Source of the DNA: Candidatus Aminicenantes bacterium
GTDB lineage: Bacteria; Acidobacteriota; Aminicenantia; Aminicenantales; Saccharicenantaceae
DNA length: 64,000 nucleotides
NCBI GenBank assembly: GCA_013178315.1
Contig: JABLWX010000001.1
Location: 5,716-69,715, forward strand
Direction: 5' to 3'
The notes beneath the pieces were generated by a model. The model had not been told where the DNA came from and ran no database searches. It saw only the letters and a list, made by a program, of their open reading frames with translations. A program made the position numbers and the translations under genes. Below are positions 27,999 through 35,559 of this stretch, one piece after another. Every line of letters starts with the position of its first letter. Within the stretch, counting starts at the first letter, position 1.

Positions 27999-28502
27999 AT
28001 GCCCGACCGCTGGGTTGAATTTCTTAAGAAAGAACTGAAGGGTATAGACCGGCTGTTGGTCCTGGGCACGGGCAACGCCCTTAAAGCCGACGATGCGGCC
28101 GGGTTGCTGGTGGCCAGCCTGCTCGACCGGCGACTCAGCCGACGCCAGAAGGCCAGGGTCAAAGTCCTCCGGGTCTACGAGCTGATCGATTCTTACAATC
28201 GCAAAATAAAGCGACTTAAGCCCTCTCACCTGATAATAGTCGACGCCCTGGATACCGGTCACCAGCCGGGTCACATCATGGCTACCAGGCTGGAGCCCGG
28301 GCGGAGAAAAAAGAAAAAGATAAGCAGCGAGTTCTACCTGTTACTGGAAAAGCTGACCGCTGATTCAGCCTGCCGAATTTATTTCATCGGGATTCAACCG
28401 GCCCTGCTCGACTTCGGTCACCCGATCTCCCCGCCGGTTAAAGAAGCCTCCCGCCGGGTGGCCGAATACATAGCAACCCTGGCCGCCGGTTCCATCCGCT
28501 GA
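27999..28502 (+). CDS. hydrogenase maturation endopeptidase (HycI/HyaD family)
   Basis: LVLGTGNALKADDAAGLLV is the GxGNxxxxDDxxG signature. I prefer ATG 27999 (GGAGGGG upstream) over the track start 27930. Confidence 0.75.
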   Translation: MPDRWVEFLKKELKGIDRLLVLGTGNALKADDAAGLLVASLLDRRLSRRQKARVKVLRVYELIDSYNRKIKRLKPSHLIIVDALDTGHQPGHIMATRLEPGRRKKKKISSEFYLLLEKLTADSACRIYFIGIQPALLDFGHPISPPVKEASRRVAEYIATLAAGSIR

Positions 28503-28505
28503 GGC

Positions 28506-29603
28506 CTAAATTTTCATCGGCATCAGGACGTAGAGATAGATCCCCTTCGTCTCGGCTTCCGGCTTAATCAGAACGGCGCTGTTCTCGTCCTTGATTTCAA
28601 AAATCACCCGCTCTGAGGTAACGGTTCCCAGGAAATCGAGCAGGTACTGGGAGTTGAAGCCTATCTCCAGGTCCTTGCCCTGGTAATCCACAGCCAGCTT
28701 ATCCCTGGCTTCACCGAACTCCGGGTTGGATGAAAAGAGTTTCAGCTCGCCGGCCTTCAGGTCAAACTTTATACCCCGGGACTTTTCCGAGGAAAGTATG
28801 GAAACCCGTTTTATGGCAGTCACCAGGGCCTCTCTTTCTATGTTTAGGATATTCGGGTTATCCTTGGGCATGACCGCCTGGTAGTTGGGGAACTTACTCT
28901 CAATAATCCGGCTGATCAGCATCCGGTTCTTAACCCGGAAAAACAGGCTGTTATCGTCAAAATCAAACTCGACCCGCTCGTCGTCAAACTTTTTCAGCTC
29001 ATTCAGGGTCTTCTTGGAAATGATCTGGTTGATCTCTTTTTCAACCCTTAAGTCTTCAAATTCTCTCCGGGTGTAGGACAGGCGATGACCATCGGTGCTG
29101 ACCAGCTCCAGCTGGTTGTTCTTTATCGACAGCAGGGCACCGTTCAGGTAATATCGCTGTTCCTGGGTAATGGCATACAGGACACAATCTATCATTTCCT
29201 TGAAATCGGACACGCCCCAGGAAATTGCCCTTTCAAAACCAGAATCCTGGATGGCCGGAAAATCCTCTTCCGGCGCGGTCAGGACCTTGATCTCGCTCTC
29301 TCCCGACCTGACCACCAGATGCTCTTCCTTTTTTATGAACTCAATTGTCTGGTCCTCCGGCAGCAACTTTATAAAATCAAACAACTTCCTTCCGTTGACG
29401 GCCACTTTCCCTTCCTGCCTGACCTCGGCCTCGAAGCTGGTCTTAAGGCCCACTTCCAGGTCAGTCCCCATCAACTCGACACCGCCCCTGCCCGCCTTAA
29501 CCAGAACGTTGGACAGAATGGGCATGGTTGTTCTTTTTTCCACAATACCCTGCAACAAACCTAATTCGTTAATAATGTTGTTTTTAGTGGCTGAGAACTT
29601 CAT
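28506..29603 (-). CDS. dnaN: DNA polymerase III beta sliding clamp
   Basis: About 365 aa with typical three-domain clamp length and sequence (MKFSATKNNIINELGLLQGIVEKRTTMPILSNVLV...). ATG 29603 has AAGGTGG 5 nt upstream. The track start 29612 is GTG within that SD. Confidence 0.93.
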   Translation of the reverse strand: MKFSATKNNIINELGLLQGIVEKRTTMPILSNVLVKAGRGGVELMGTDLEVGLKTSFEAEVRQEGKVAVNGRKLFDFIKLLPEDQTIEFIKKEEHLVVRSGESEIKVLTAPEEDFPAIQDSGFERAISWGVSDFKEMIDCVLYAITQEQRYYLNGALLSIKNNQLELVSTDGHRLSYTRREFEDLRVEKEINQIISKKTLNELKKFDDERVEFDFDDNSLFFRVKNRMLISRIIESKFPNYQAVMPKDNPNILNIEREALVTAIKRVSILSSEKSRGIKFDLKAGELKLFSSNPEFGEARDKLAVDYQGKDLEIGFNSQYLLDFLGTVTSERVIFEIKDENSAVLIKPEAETKGIYLYVLMPMKI

Positions 29604-29720
29604 TTTTTCCACCTTTCTTCATGGTCAATAATATAATTATAAATCATAAAAAGGCAATAAAAAAAATACAAGAAGGGCAAGTTAATATGTGAAAAGCTCC
29701 GGGCTTCTTTATTGGTATCA

Positions 29721-31052
29721 TCACTTTAGAAGGTGGATCAGGTTGTTAATTTCTCTGTTGAATTCCTGATCATGTTCTCTTAATTTTTCTATTTTCCTTA
29801 TACTGTGAAGAACAGTGGTGTGGTGCTTGCCGCCGAATTTCTTGCCGATCTCTGGCAGAGAGTTATCGGTTAGCTCCTTGGCCAGGTACATGGCCACCTG
29901 CCTGGGGAAGGCGACCCGCGGAGAGTTATTTTTTGACTTCAGCTCGGACGGCTTGATTTTATACTGGGTGCAGACCACCTTCTGTATTTTTTCCACGGTG
30001 ATGATGTTGGCCGAGGCATCGAGCAGCCCCTTGAGAGCTTCCTTGGCCAGCTCCAGGTCTATCCTGGAGCCTTTGAGCGAAGCGTAGGCAATGACCCGGC
30101 GCAGATAACCTTCTAATTCTCTGATGTTGGAATGAACCTTGTCGGCAATATAGAGAGCCACGGGTTCGGGCAGGGCGATGTCTTCCATCTCGGCCTTTTT
30201 CTTGAGGATGGCAATCCGGGTTTCAATGTCCGGAGGCCGCAGGTCGGCGATCAGGCCCCATTCAAAGCGAGATCTAAAGCGGTCTTCCAGGTGAGGAATA
30301 TCCTTGGGCGGGCAGTCGCTCGAAATCACTATCTGCTTCTGGCTGTCGTAAAGATGGTTGAAGGTGTGGAAGAATTCTTCCTTGGTTCTTTCCCGGCCGG
30401 AGATGTAATGGATGTCGTCCATCAACAGGACATCAACGGCCCGGTACTTCTGCCTGAACTCCAGGATTTTCCCGTACTGGAGGTGGTTGATGAGTTCGTT
30501 CATGAAGCGCTCGGTGGTCACGTACAGAACTTTTAGCCGGGCGTTGCTGCCCATGATCTGGTGGCCGATGGCGTTCATCAGGTGAGTTTTGCCCAGCCCG
30601 GCCCCGCCATAGATATAAAGCGGGTTGTAGGACTTGGCCGGGTTCTTGGCCACAGCCACGGCGGCGGCGTGGGCAAACTGATTGCAATTGCCGACGACGA
30701 AATTTTCAAAGGTATAGTTGGGATTGAGGTTGGCCACCTGGGTCACCGCCTGGTGGAGCCTTCTCTCGTCCGGCGAATTACGCAGGAAGGAGGTCGGGGT
30801 CTCGTCATAGATGTACTTGATATCGAAGCTCTTGTTGAACAGTTCCTGGCAGCACTCGTTAATCAGGCGCGAATAGTGAAAACTCAACCAGTCCTTGAAG
30901 TAGGCATTGGGTACCTTGATGTAAAGAGTTTCGCCTTCCTCTCCGATGTAAGAGGTGGGCTCGAACCAGGTTTCAAAGGCCTGGCCCTCTACCCGGTTTT
31001 TAACCGCGGCCAGTATCCTGTTCCAGGGATTAACTTTATCTTCAAACTTCAT
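29721..31052 (-). CDS. dnaA: chromosomal replication initiator DnaA
   Basis: Walker A GGAGLGKTHL, Walker B LLMDDIHY, sensor and box VII regions, and the C-terminal DNA-binding signature (FGGKHHTTVLHSIRKIE). ATG 31052 (MKFEDKVNPW) gives 443 aa. The 35-codon track extension covers the DnaA boxes. Confidence 0.95.
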   Translation of the reverse strand: MKFEDKVNPWNRILAAVKNRVEGQAFETWFEPTSYIGEEGETLYIKVPNAYFKDWLSFHYSRLINECCQELFNKSFDIKYIYDETPTSFLRNSPDERRLHQAVTQVANLNPNYTFENFVVGNCNQFAHAAAVAVAKNPAKSYNPLYIYGGAGLGKTHLMNAIGHQIMGSNARLKVLYVTTERFMNELINHLQYGKILEFRQKYRAVDVLLMDDIHYISGRERTKEEFFHTFNHLYDSQKQIVISSDCPPKDIPHLEDRFRSRFEWGLIADLRPPDIETRIAILKKKAEMEDIALPEPVALYIADKVHSNIRELEGYLRRVIAYASLKGSRIDLELAKEALKGLLDASANIITVEKIQKVVCTQYKIKPSELKSKNNSPRVAFPRQVAMYLAKELTDNSLPEIGKKFGGKHHTTVLHSIRKIEKLREHDQEFNREINNLIHLLK

Positions 31053-31065
31053 GACGCGCCAGAAG

Positions 31066-31097
31066 ATTTCCACAAATATTTCCACAGCTGTGGAAAA
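31066..31097. promoter_or_regulatory. cluster of three DnaA boxes (two direct, one inverted) just upstream of dnaA
   Basis: ATTTCCACA at 31066-31074 and again at 31078-31086 (each 8/9 to TTWTNCACA). TGTGGAAAA at 31089-31097 is the reverse complement of TTTTCCACA (9/9). An AT-rich run follows at about 31154-31197. Confidence 0.6.
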
Positions 31098-31397
31098 CGC
31101 CCCCACCGGTAATTCGGGTGGGGGAAACGCAAAAAATATTACCACCTGGCAGGTCAAAATTCAAGAAAATTTTTTTTATTTCGAAACAAAAACAATGAAG
31201 GCGACCGGGAACGCTGACTGCGGTTTGAGAGAAGTGGCGATCGCTGGGTAGATGGCCACGGGCCACGGCTCACCGGGCTGGCCGGCCTCCGCCCCCACCC
31301 TAAAAAGTTACAACCCTCAGTTGCGCTGGGGCCTTTTTTGTGCTATACAGATATTTCCAAAAGAGAACGGTAAATCTCAAGAAAGCGAGAAAATCAC

Positions 31398-31589
31398 ATG
31401 GCCAGAGAATGTCATATCTGCCATAAAGGACCGATTTTCGGACACAGCATCAGCCATTCCAACAAGGCTTCGGCGAAAAAATGGAGCGCCAATCTCCAGC
31501 GGGTTAAAGCCAAGACGGAAAACGGTGTCCGGACCATCTGGGTCTGCACCCGCTGCCTGCGCTCGGGCCGGGTTCAGAAAGCGGTCTGA
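31398..31589 (+). CDS. rpmB: 50S ribosomal protein L28
   Basis: MARECHICHKGPIFGHSISHSNKASAKKWSANLQRVKA... matches the L28 N-terminal pattern (C..GK....G...SHS....R.F.PNLQ). Confidence 0.9.
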   Translation: MARECHICHKGPIFGHSISHSNKASAKKWSANLQRVKAKTENGVRTIWVCTRCLRSGRVQKAV

Positions 31590-31591
31590 AC

Positions 31592-33751
31592 TCAACCCCG
31601 TTCCACTGTATCTATTTCTTTCAAACGGCCGATCTTGTCTGCGATTTTCTTAAGGTGGTCGAGGTCTTCGATCGTGATTTCCAGTGAGATGCAGGCCCGT
31701 CCGTCGCCGCTGGTGCTGACCTCCGCCCTGGAAATGTTTCCTTTCTGCTCGGCCACGGCTGAAGCCACCCGGGCCAGCACTCCCGGCGAATCCTTGGCCC
31801 TGATGAGCAATCTGGCCCGGAAGGTTCCGCGAAAGGCCGGGTCCCAGGCCACCTCCACCAGGCGCTGGCTGTCCAGTATTTCCTTCTGGACCAGGTAACA
31901 GCGCTGGGCATGGACGGTCAAGCCTTTGCCGGTCGTCAGGTAGCCGACCACCGGCTCCCCCTTGATGGGAGCGCAGCAGCGGGCCAGGGTGATCATCTGC
32001 TCGTCCAGGTTCTTAATCATCAGGCCCTGGGCCGGGCCGCGCCCCGAAAACTTTTCTACCATCTTTTTTAAGATCCCGGGCGGGGGAGTTTCTTCGGACA
32101 GCCGTCCCCAGGCCAGCCGTTCCATGAATTTTTTGTCGATGACTATCTTACCCAGGCCCGCCAGGAGGAAAAAATCTTCCAGGCTGTTAAGCCTGAGCCT
32201 GAACTCCTGTTCCAGCCTGTCCTTCAGGGCTGATTCCGGGCGCAGTTCGGCCGGCAGCTTGAACTTCCTGGTCTCTTTTTCCCAGAGACGCCGGCCGAGT
32301 TCGATGGCTCTTTTTCTGGTCTTGAGGTTAAGGAATTTCTTAATTTGCTGCCGGGCCGAAGCCGTGGCCACCCAGTTCAGCCAGCTGCGGTGGGGACTGC
32401 GCTCGGGCGAGGTGACGATCTCCACGATGTCGCCGGTCTTGAGCTGGGTGCGCAGCGGCATGGCTTCGCCGTTTATCCGGGCTTCCCTGGCTTTGAGCCC
32501 GATTTCGGTGTGGATCTTGAAGGCAAAATCCAGGGCGGTGGCCCCGGGCGGCAGGTTTATAACTTTGCCTTTGGGGGTGAAGGCATAAATCTCTTCGGGA
32601 ATGAGGTTTATCTTTAGGTTTTTCAGAAACTCCCGTGGATTCTTCTGTTCGCTGAACAGGGCGGCAATCTCCCGTAACCACTGCAATCTCTGGTCTTCAC
32701 CGGCCAGCCCGGTGGGCGCCCCTTCCTTGTATTTCCAGTGGGCGGCGATTCCGTTTTCGGCCAGCTCGTGCATCTCCCGGGTCCGGATCTGAATTTCAAA
32801 GGTCTGTTTGTTTTCGGTGATGATGGTGGTGTGAAGGGATTGATAGAGATTGGGCTTGGGCATGGCGATAAAATCGCGGAAACGTTGCGGCAGGTGGGGC
32901 CAGCGCTGATGGATGATACCCAGGGCCGAGTAGCAGTTTTTCACCGAGTCGGTGATGATCCTCAGGGCCAGGAAATCATAGACCTGGTCAAAATCTATGC
33001 CCTTCTTTTTCATCTTGGAATAGACGCTGTAGAGCCTTTTGATCCGGACCTGGATTTCGGCCGGGATGCCGTTGTCCTTGAGCAGCTGTTCCATTACCTT
33101 CTTCAGTTTCTTTAGTTCTTTTTCTCCCTTCTTCAATTCAGGTTCAACCAGGGCCACCATCCGGAAGTACTCGTCCGGTTCCACATAGCGGAAGGACAGG
33201 TCCTCCAGCTCGGCCCGGATGCGGCCCATGCCCAGCCGGTTGGCGATGGGGGCATAGATTTCCAGGGTCTCCTGGGCAATGCGCCGCTGCTTGTCCTCGC
33301 TCAGGTAATGCAGGGTCTTGAGGTTGTGCCAGCGGTCGGCCAGCTTGATGAAAATCACCCGCAGGTCGTCGGTCATGGCCAGGATGATTTTTCTGATGGT
33401 TTCCGCCCGGGTTTCCTCGGGCGAGGCATCCTCAACCCGGCTGATCTTGGTCACCCCCTCCACCAGGGTAGCCACCTCCCGCCCGAAATTTTCCCTGATC
33501 TCGGCCAGGGTGACCTCGGTGTCTTCCAGGACGTCGTGGAGCAGCCCGGCCACCAGGGTGGTCAGGTCCAGGTTCATCTCGGCCAGGATGTTGGTAACTT
33601 CGAGCGGATGGCTGAGATAGGGCTCGCCCGAACGGCGAATCTGGCCCTTGTGAGCCCTGGCCGCAAAGACGTAGGCTTTTTGCAGAACGCGCAGGTCTTT
33701 TTCAGAATACTGGCCCTGGATTTTTTCGACTATGTCATCAAAGCGAATCAT
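31592..33751 (-). CDS. relA: bifunctional (p)ppGpp synthetase/hydrolase (RelA/SpoT homologue)
   Basis: 719 aa with an HD hydrolase domain (HPLEV...LLHDVLEDT), a synthetase domain (YQSLHTTI...EIQIRT), then TGS and ACT regions. Confidence 0.95.
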   Translation of the reverse strand: MIRFDDIVEKIQGQYSEKDLRVLQKAYVFAARAHKGQIRRSGEPYLSHPLEVTNILAEMNLDLTTLVAGLLHDVLEDTEVTLAEIRENFGREVATLVEGVTKISRVEDASPEETRAETIRKIILAMTDDLRVIFIKLADRWHNLKTLHYLSEDKQRRIAQETLEIYAPIANRLGMGRIRAELEDLSFRYVEPDEYFRMVALVEPELKKGEKELKKLKKVMEQLLKDNGIPAEIQVRIKRLYSVYSKMKKKGIDFDQVYDFLALRIITDSVKNCYSALGIIHQRWPHLPQRFRDFIAMPKPNLYQSLHTTIITENKQTFEIQIRTREMHELAENGIAAHWKYKEGAPTGLAGEDQRLQWLREIAALFSEQKNPREFLKNLKINLIPEEIYAFTPKGKVINLPPGATALDFAFKIHTEIGLKAREARINGEAMPLRTQLKTGDIVEIVTSPERSPHRSWLNWVATASARQQIKKFLNLKTRKRAIELGRRLWEKETRKFKLPAELRPESALKDRLEQEFRLRLNSLEDFFLLAGLGKIVIDKKFMERLAWGRLSEETPPPGILKKMVEKFSGRGPAQGLMIKNLDEQMITLARCCAPIKGEPVVGYLTTGKGLTVHAQRCYLVQKEILDSQRLVEVAWDPAFRGTFRARLLIRAKDSPGVLARVASAVAEQKGNISRAEVSTSGDGRACISLEITIEDLDHLKKIADKIGRLKEIDTVERG

Positions 33752-33781
33752 GTTCCCTGAAAGCGCGAATCCTCAACAACG

Positions 33782-34786
33782 CTATCTGGCCAGAAAGGAA
33801 GCGATGACCTCGTACACTTCCCCGGCCGAGATGCTGAGCAGGCAGCGATGGTCGTAAGGGCAGGCCTTATAACTGCAGGGGGCGCAGGGAGCGGGTTTGT
33901 GCAGTGCTACCGCCGGAGGCTGCGATGGGCCGGATATATGGGGGTCAGTCGGGCCGTAAAGTCCGACCACCGGTGTTCCCAGCAGGTTGGCCAGATGGGT
34001 CAAACCGCTGTCGTTGCCCAGGAAGACCCTGGCCGCGGCTATGACCCCGGCCGTTTCTTCCAGGCTGAGTCGGCCGCTGAAATCTACCAGCCGCCCCTCG
34101 AAACCGTCGAGGAGAGCCCGGCCGGTTTCACGGCTGGAACCCGAGCCTACCAGCAACACCTGCAGCTGGCCGTCCAGCAGCTGTTTTATCAGCTCCCGCT
34201 GCCGGCTCAGCGGCCAGACCCTGGCCGGGCCGAAGCCCGACCCTGGTTTTATGACCACGGTGGCCAGGTCGGGAGAGAGGCCGGCCTGCTTCAGTTGCCC
34301 CAGTGCTTGCTGGCGGTAACTCTCAGGCAGGGCCAGGCGCAGAGGCCGGTCGGCGATTTTTAGGCCCAGGACTTCCAGCAGCTTCAGGTAATGAAATTTC
34401 AGGTGCAGCTGGGGATCGGTGGCCCGGAGATGGCTCTTTTTGGTCAGCATGAAACCACGGCCCTCGCGGTCATAGCCCCAGCGCTGGGGAATCCTGGCCA
34501 GGTAGAAAAGCAGGGCCGAGGCAAACGATTCGTCCAGAAGGAGGCCCAGGTCAAAGTCCATTTTTTTAAGCCGCGAGGAAACTCGCTTCAAGCCCGAGAT
34601 GTCCTTGAAGTCGGGCAGACTGATCACCCTGTAGCCCGGGCTCACCTTTTGAAAAAAATCAGCGTAAGCCGGCGGGGGCAGGATGGCAATTTCGGCTGCC
34701 GGGAAATTCTCCTCAAGAGATTTCAAACAGGGGAAAGCCAGGAGGGAAGCCCCCAGGGTACGGGGCAAATATACCAGGATTTTCAT
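33782..34786 (-). CDS. glycosyltransferase family 9 (LPS heptosyltransferase-like)
   Basis: 334 aa with the C-terminal GNDSGLTHLANLLGTPVVGLYGPT motif typical of RfaF/RfaC-type heptosyltransferases. Confidence 0.85.
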   Translation of the reverse strand: MKILVYLPRTLGASLLAFPCLKSLEENFPAAEIAILPPPAYADFFQKVSPGYRVISLPDFKDISGLKRVSSRLKKMDFDLGLLLDESFASALLFYLARIPQRWGYDREGRGFMLTKKSHLRATDPQLHLKFHYLKLLEVLGLKIADRPLRLALPESYRQQALGQLKQAGLSPDLATVVIKPGSGFGPARVWPLSRQRELIKQLLDGQLQVLLVGSGSSRETGRALLDGFEGRLVDFSGRLSLEETAGVIAAARVFLGNDSGLTHLANLLGTPVVGLYGPTDPHISGPSQPPAVALHKPAPCAPCSYKACPYDHRCLLSISAGEVYEVIASFLAR

Positions 34787-34825
34787 CAGGTTAATTCTAA
34801 GCTGACCTCAGGGAGTTGTCAAAAA

Positions 34826-35116
34826 TTATTTCTCCGGAGTCTTCTCGGCGACTCGGTCTGCAGGCTTTTCGTCCGGCTTCTTTTCCCGGCCGGATTTTTT
34901 CCGACCGTTCTGGCCGTTGCCGCCGGCCGGGGAATTCTTGTGGGCATAGTCGGTGATGTACCAGCCCGAGCCCTTGAACTGGATGGCCGGGCTGGAAACC
35001 AGCCGGCACAGGCTCCCGCCGCACTCCGGGCATTTATCCAGCGGCCTGGCATTTAATTTTTGCAGGACCTCGAACCGTTTATGGCATTGCTGGCATTCGT
35101 ATTCGTACAAAGGCAT
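34826..35116 (-). CDS. FmdB-family zinc-ribbon protein (CxxC_CxxC_SSSS)
   Basis: MPLYEYECQQCHKRFEVLQK....CPECGG.L.R..S. A candidate promoter TTACCA-N17-TATAAT lies on the minus strand at 35165-35193. Confidence 0.85.
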   Translation of the reverse strand: MPLYEYECQQCHKRFEVLQKLNARPLDKCPECGGSLCRLVSSPAIQFKGSGWYITDYAHKNSPAGGNGQNGRKKSGREKKPDEKPADRVAEKTPEK

Positions 35117-35266
35117 CTTCCGACTCCTCGCCTCGGTCAGAAAATTGGCTGAAATTATTGGATTATTATAGCAGAAACAAGGGCGAATGGTAACTGGCCG
35201 GCCAAGGCAGAATTCCAGTGCAGGCTCAGGCTTCCTTTACCCCCCGTTTTTATTTTTTATCCGGAC

Positions 35267-35401
35267 TTAGACTATTCGGTCAGAATCGTCCTGGAACTTG
35301 GGGATGCGAGATTTGATTTTCTCCTTGCCAAAATGGAAGCCCAGCAGGAAGGTGGAAAAAATTCCGAGCAAAAGCAGCAGGAACTTGAAGAATTTTTTCA
35401 T
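35267..35401 (-). CDS. possible 44-aa single-TM small protein
   Basis: Below the ORF-track length cut-off. MKKFFKFLLLLLGIFSTFLLGFHFGKEKIKSRIPKFQDDSDRIV, with GAGGA just upstream. No homology evidence. Confidence 0.3.
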   Translation of the reverse strand: MKKFFKFLLLLLGIFSTFLLGFHFGKEKIKSRIPKFQDDSDRIV

Positions 35402-35513
35402 GGTCCTCTTCGCTATTAAATTTTTCAATAATTTTCTCTGAAAGTCAACCTCCAGAGCCAGGTTTTTATCATTTTTTTTAAATAAATTCGGCCCCTCGGG
35501 GTGGGGCAGCCAT

Positions 35514-35542
35514 TTGCCGGGAAAGGGACAAAATCATAAAAT
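35514..35542 (+). promoter_or_regulatory. candidate promoter TTGCCG-N17-TAAAAT
   Basis: Consensus match 18 nt upstream of the Memo-AMMECR1 ATG. A GGAGG SD follows. Confidence 0.4.
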
Positions 35543-35559
35543 AAGAAACGGAGGCAAAA

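Noticed and set aside
31053-31157. 35-codon N-terminal extension of dnaA in the ORF track
   Set aside because: The extension would be translated through the DnaA-box cluster. Met36 (MKFEDKVNPW...) gives a normal 443-aa DnaA.
31252-31653. 133-aa plus-strand ORF overlapping rpmB
   Set aside because: It is in a different frame from a clear L28 gene, and its product is low-complexity with no SD.
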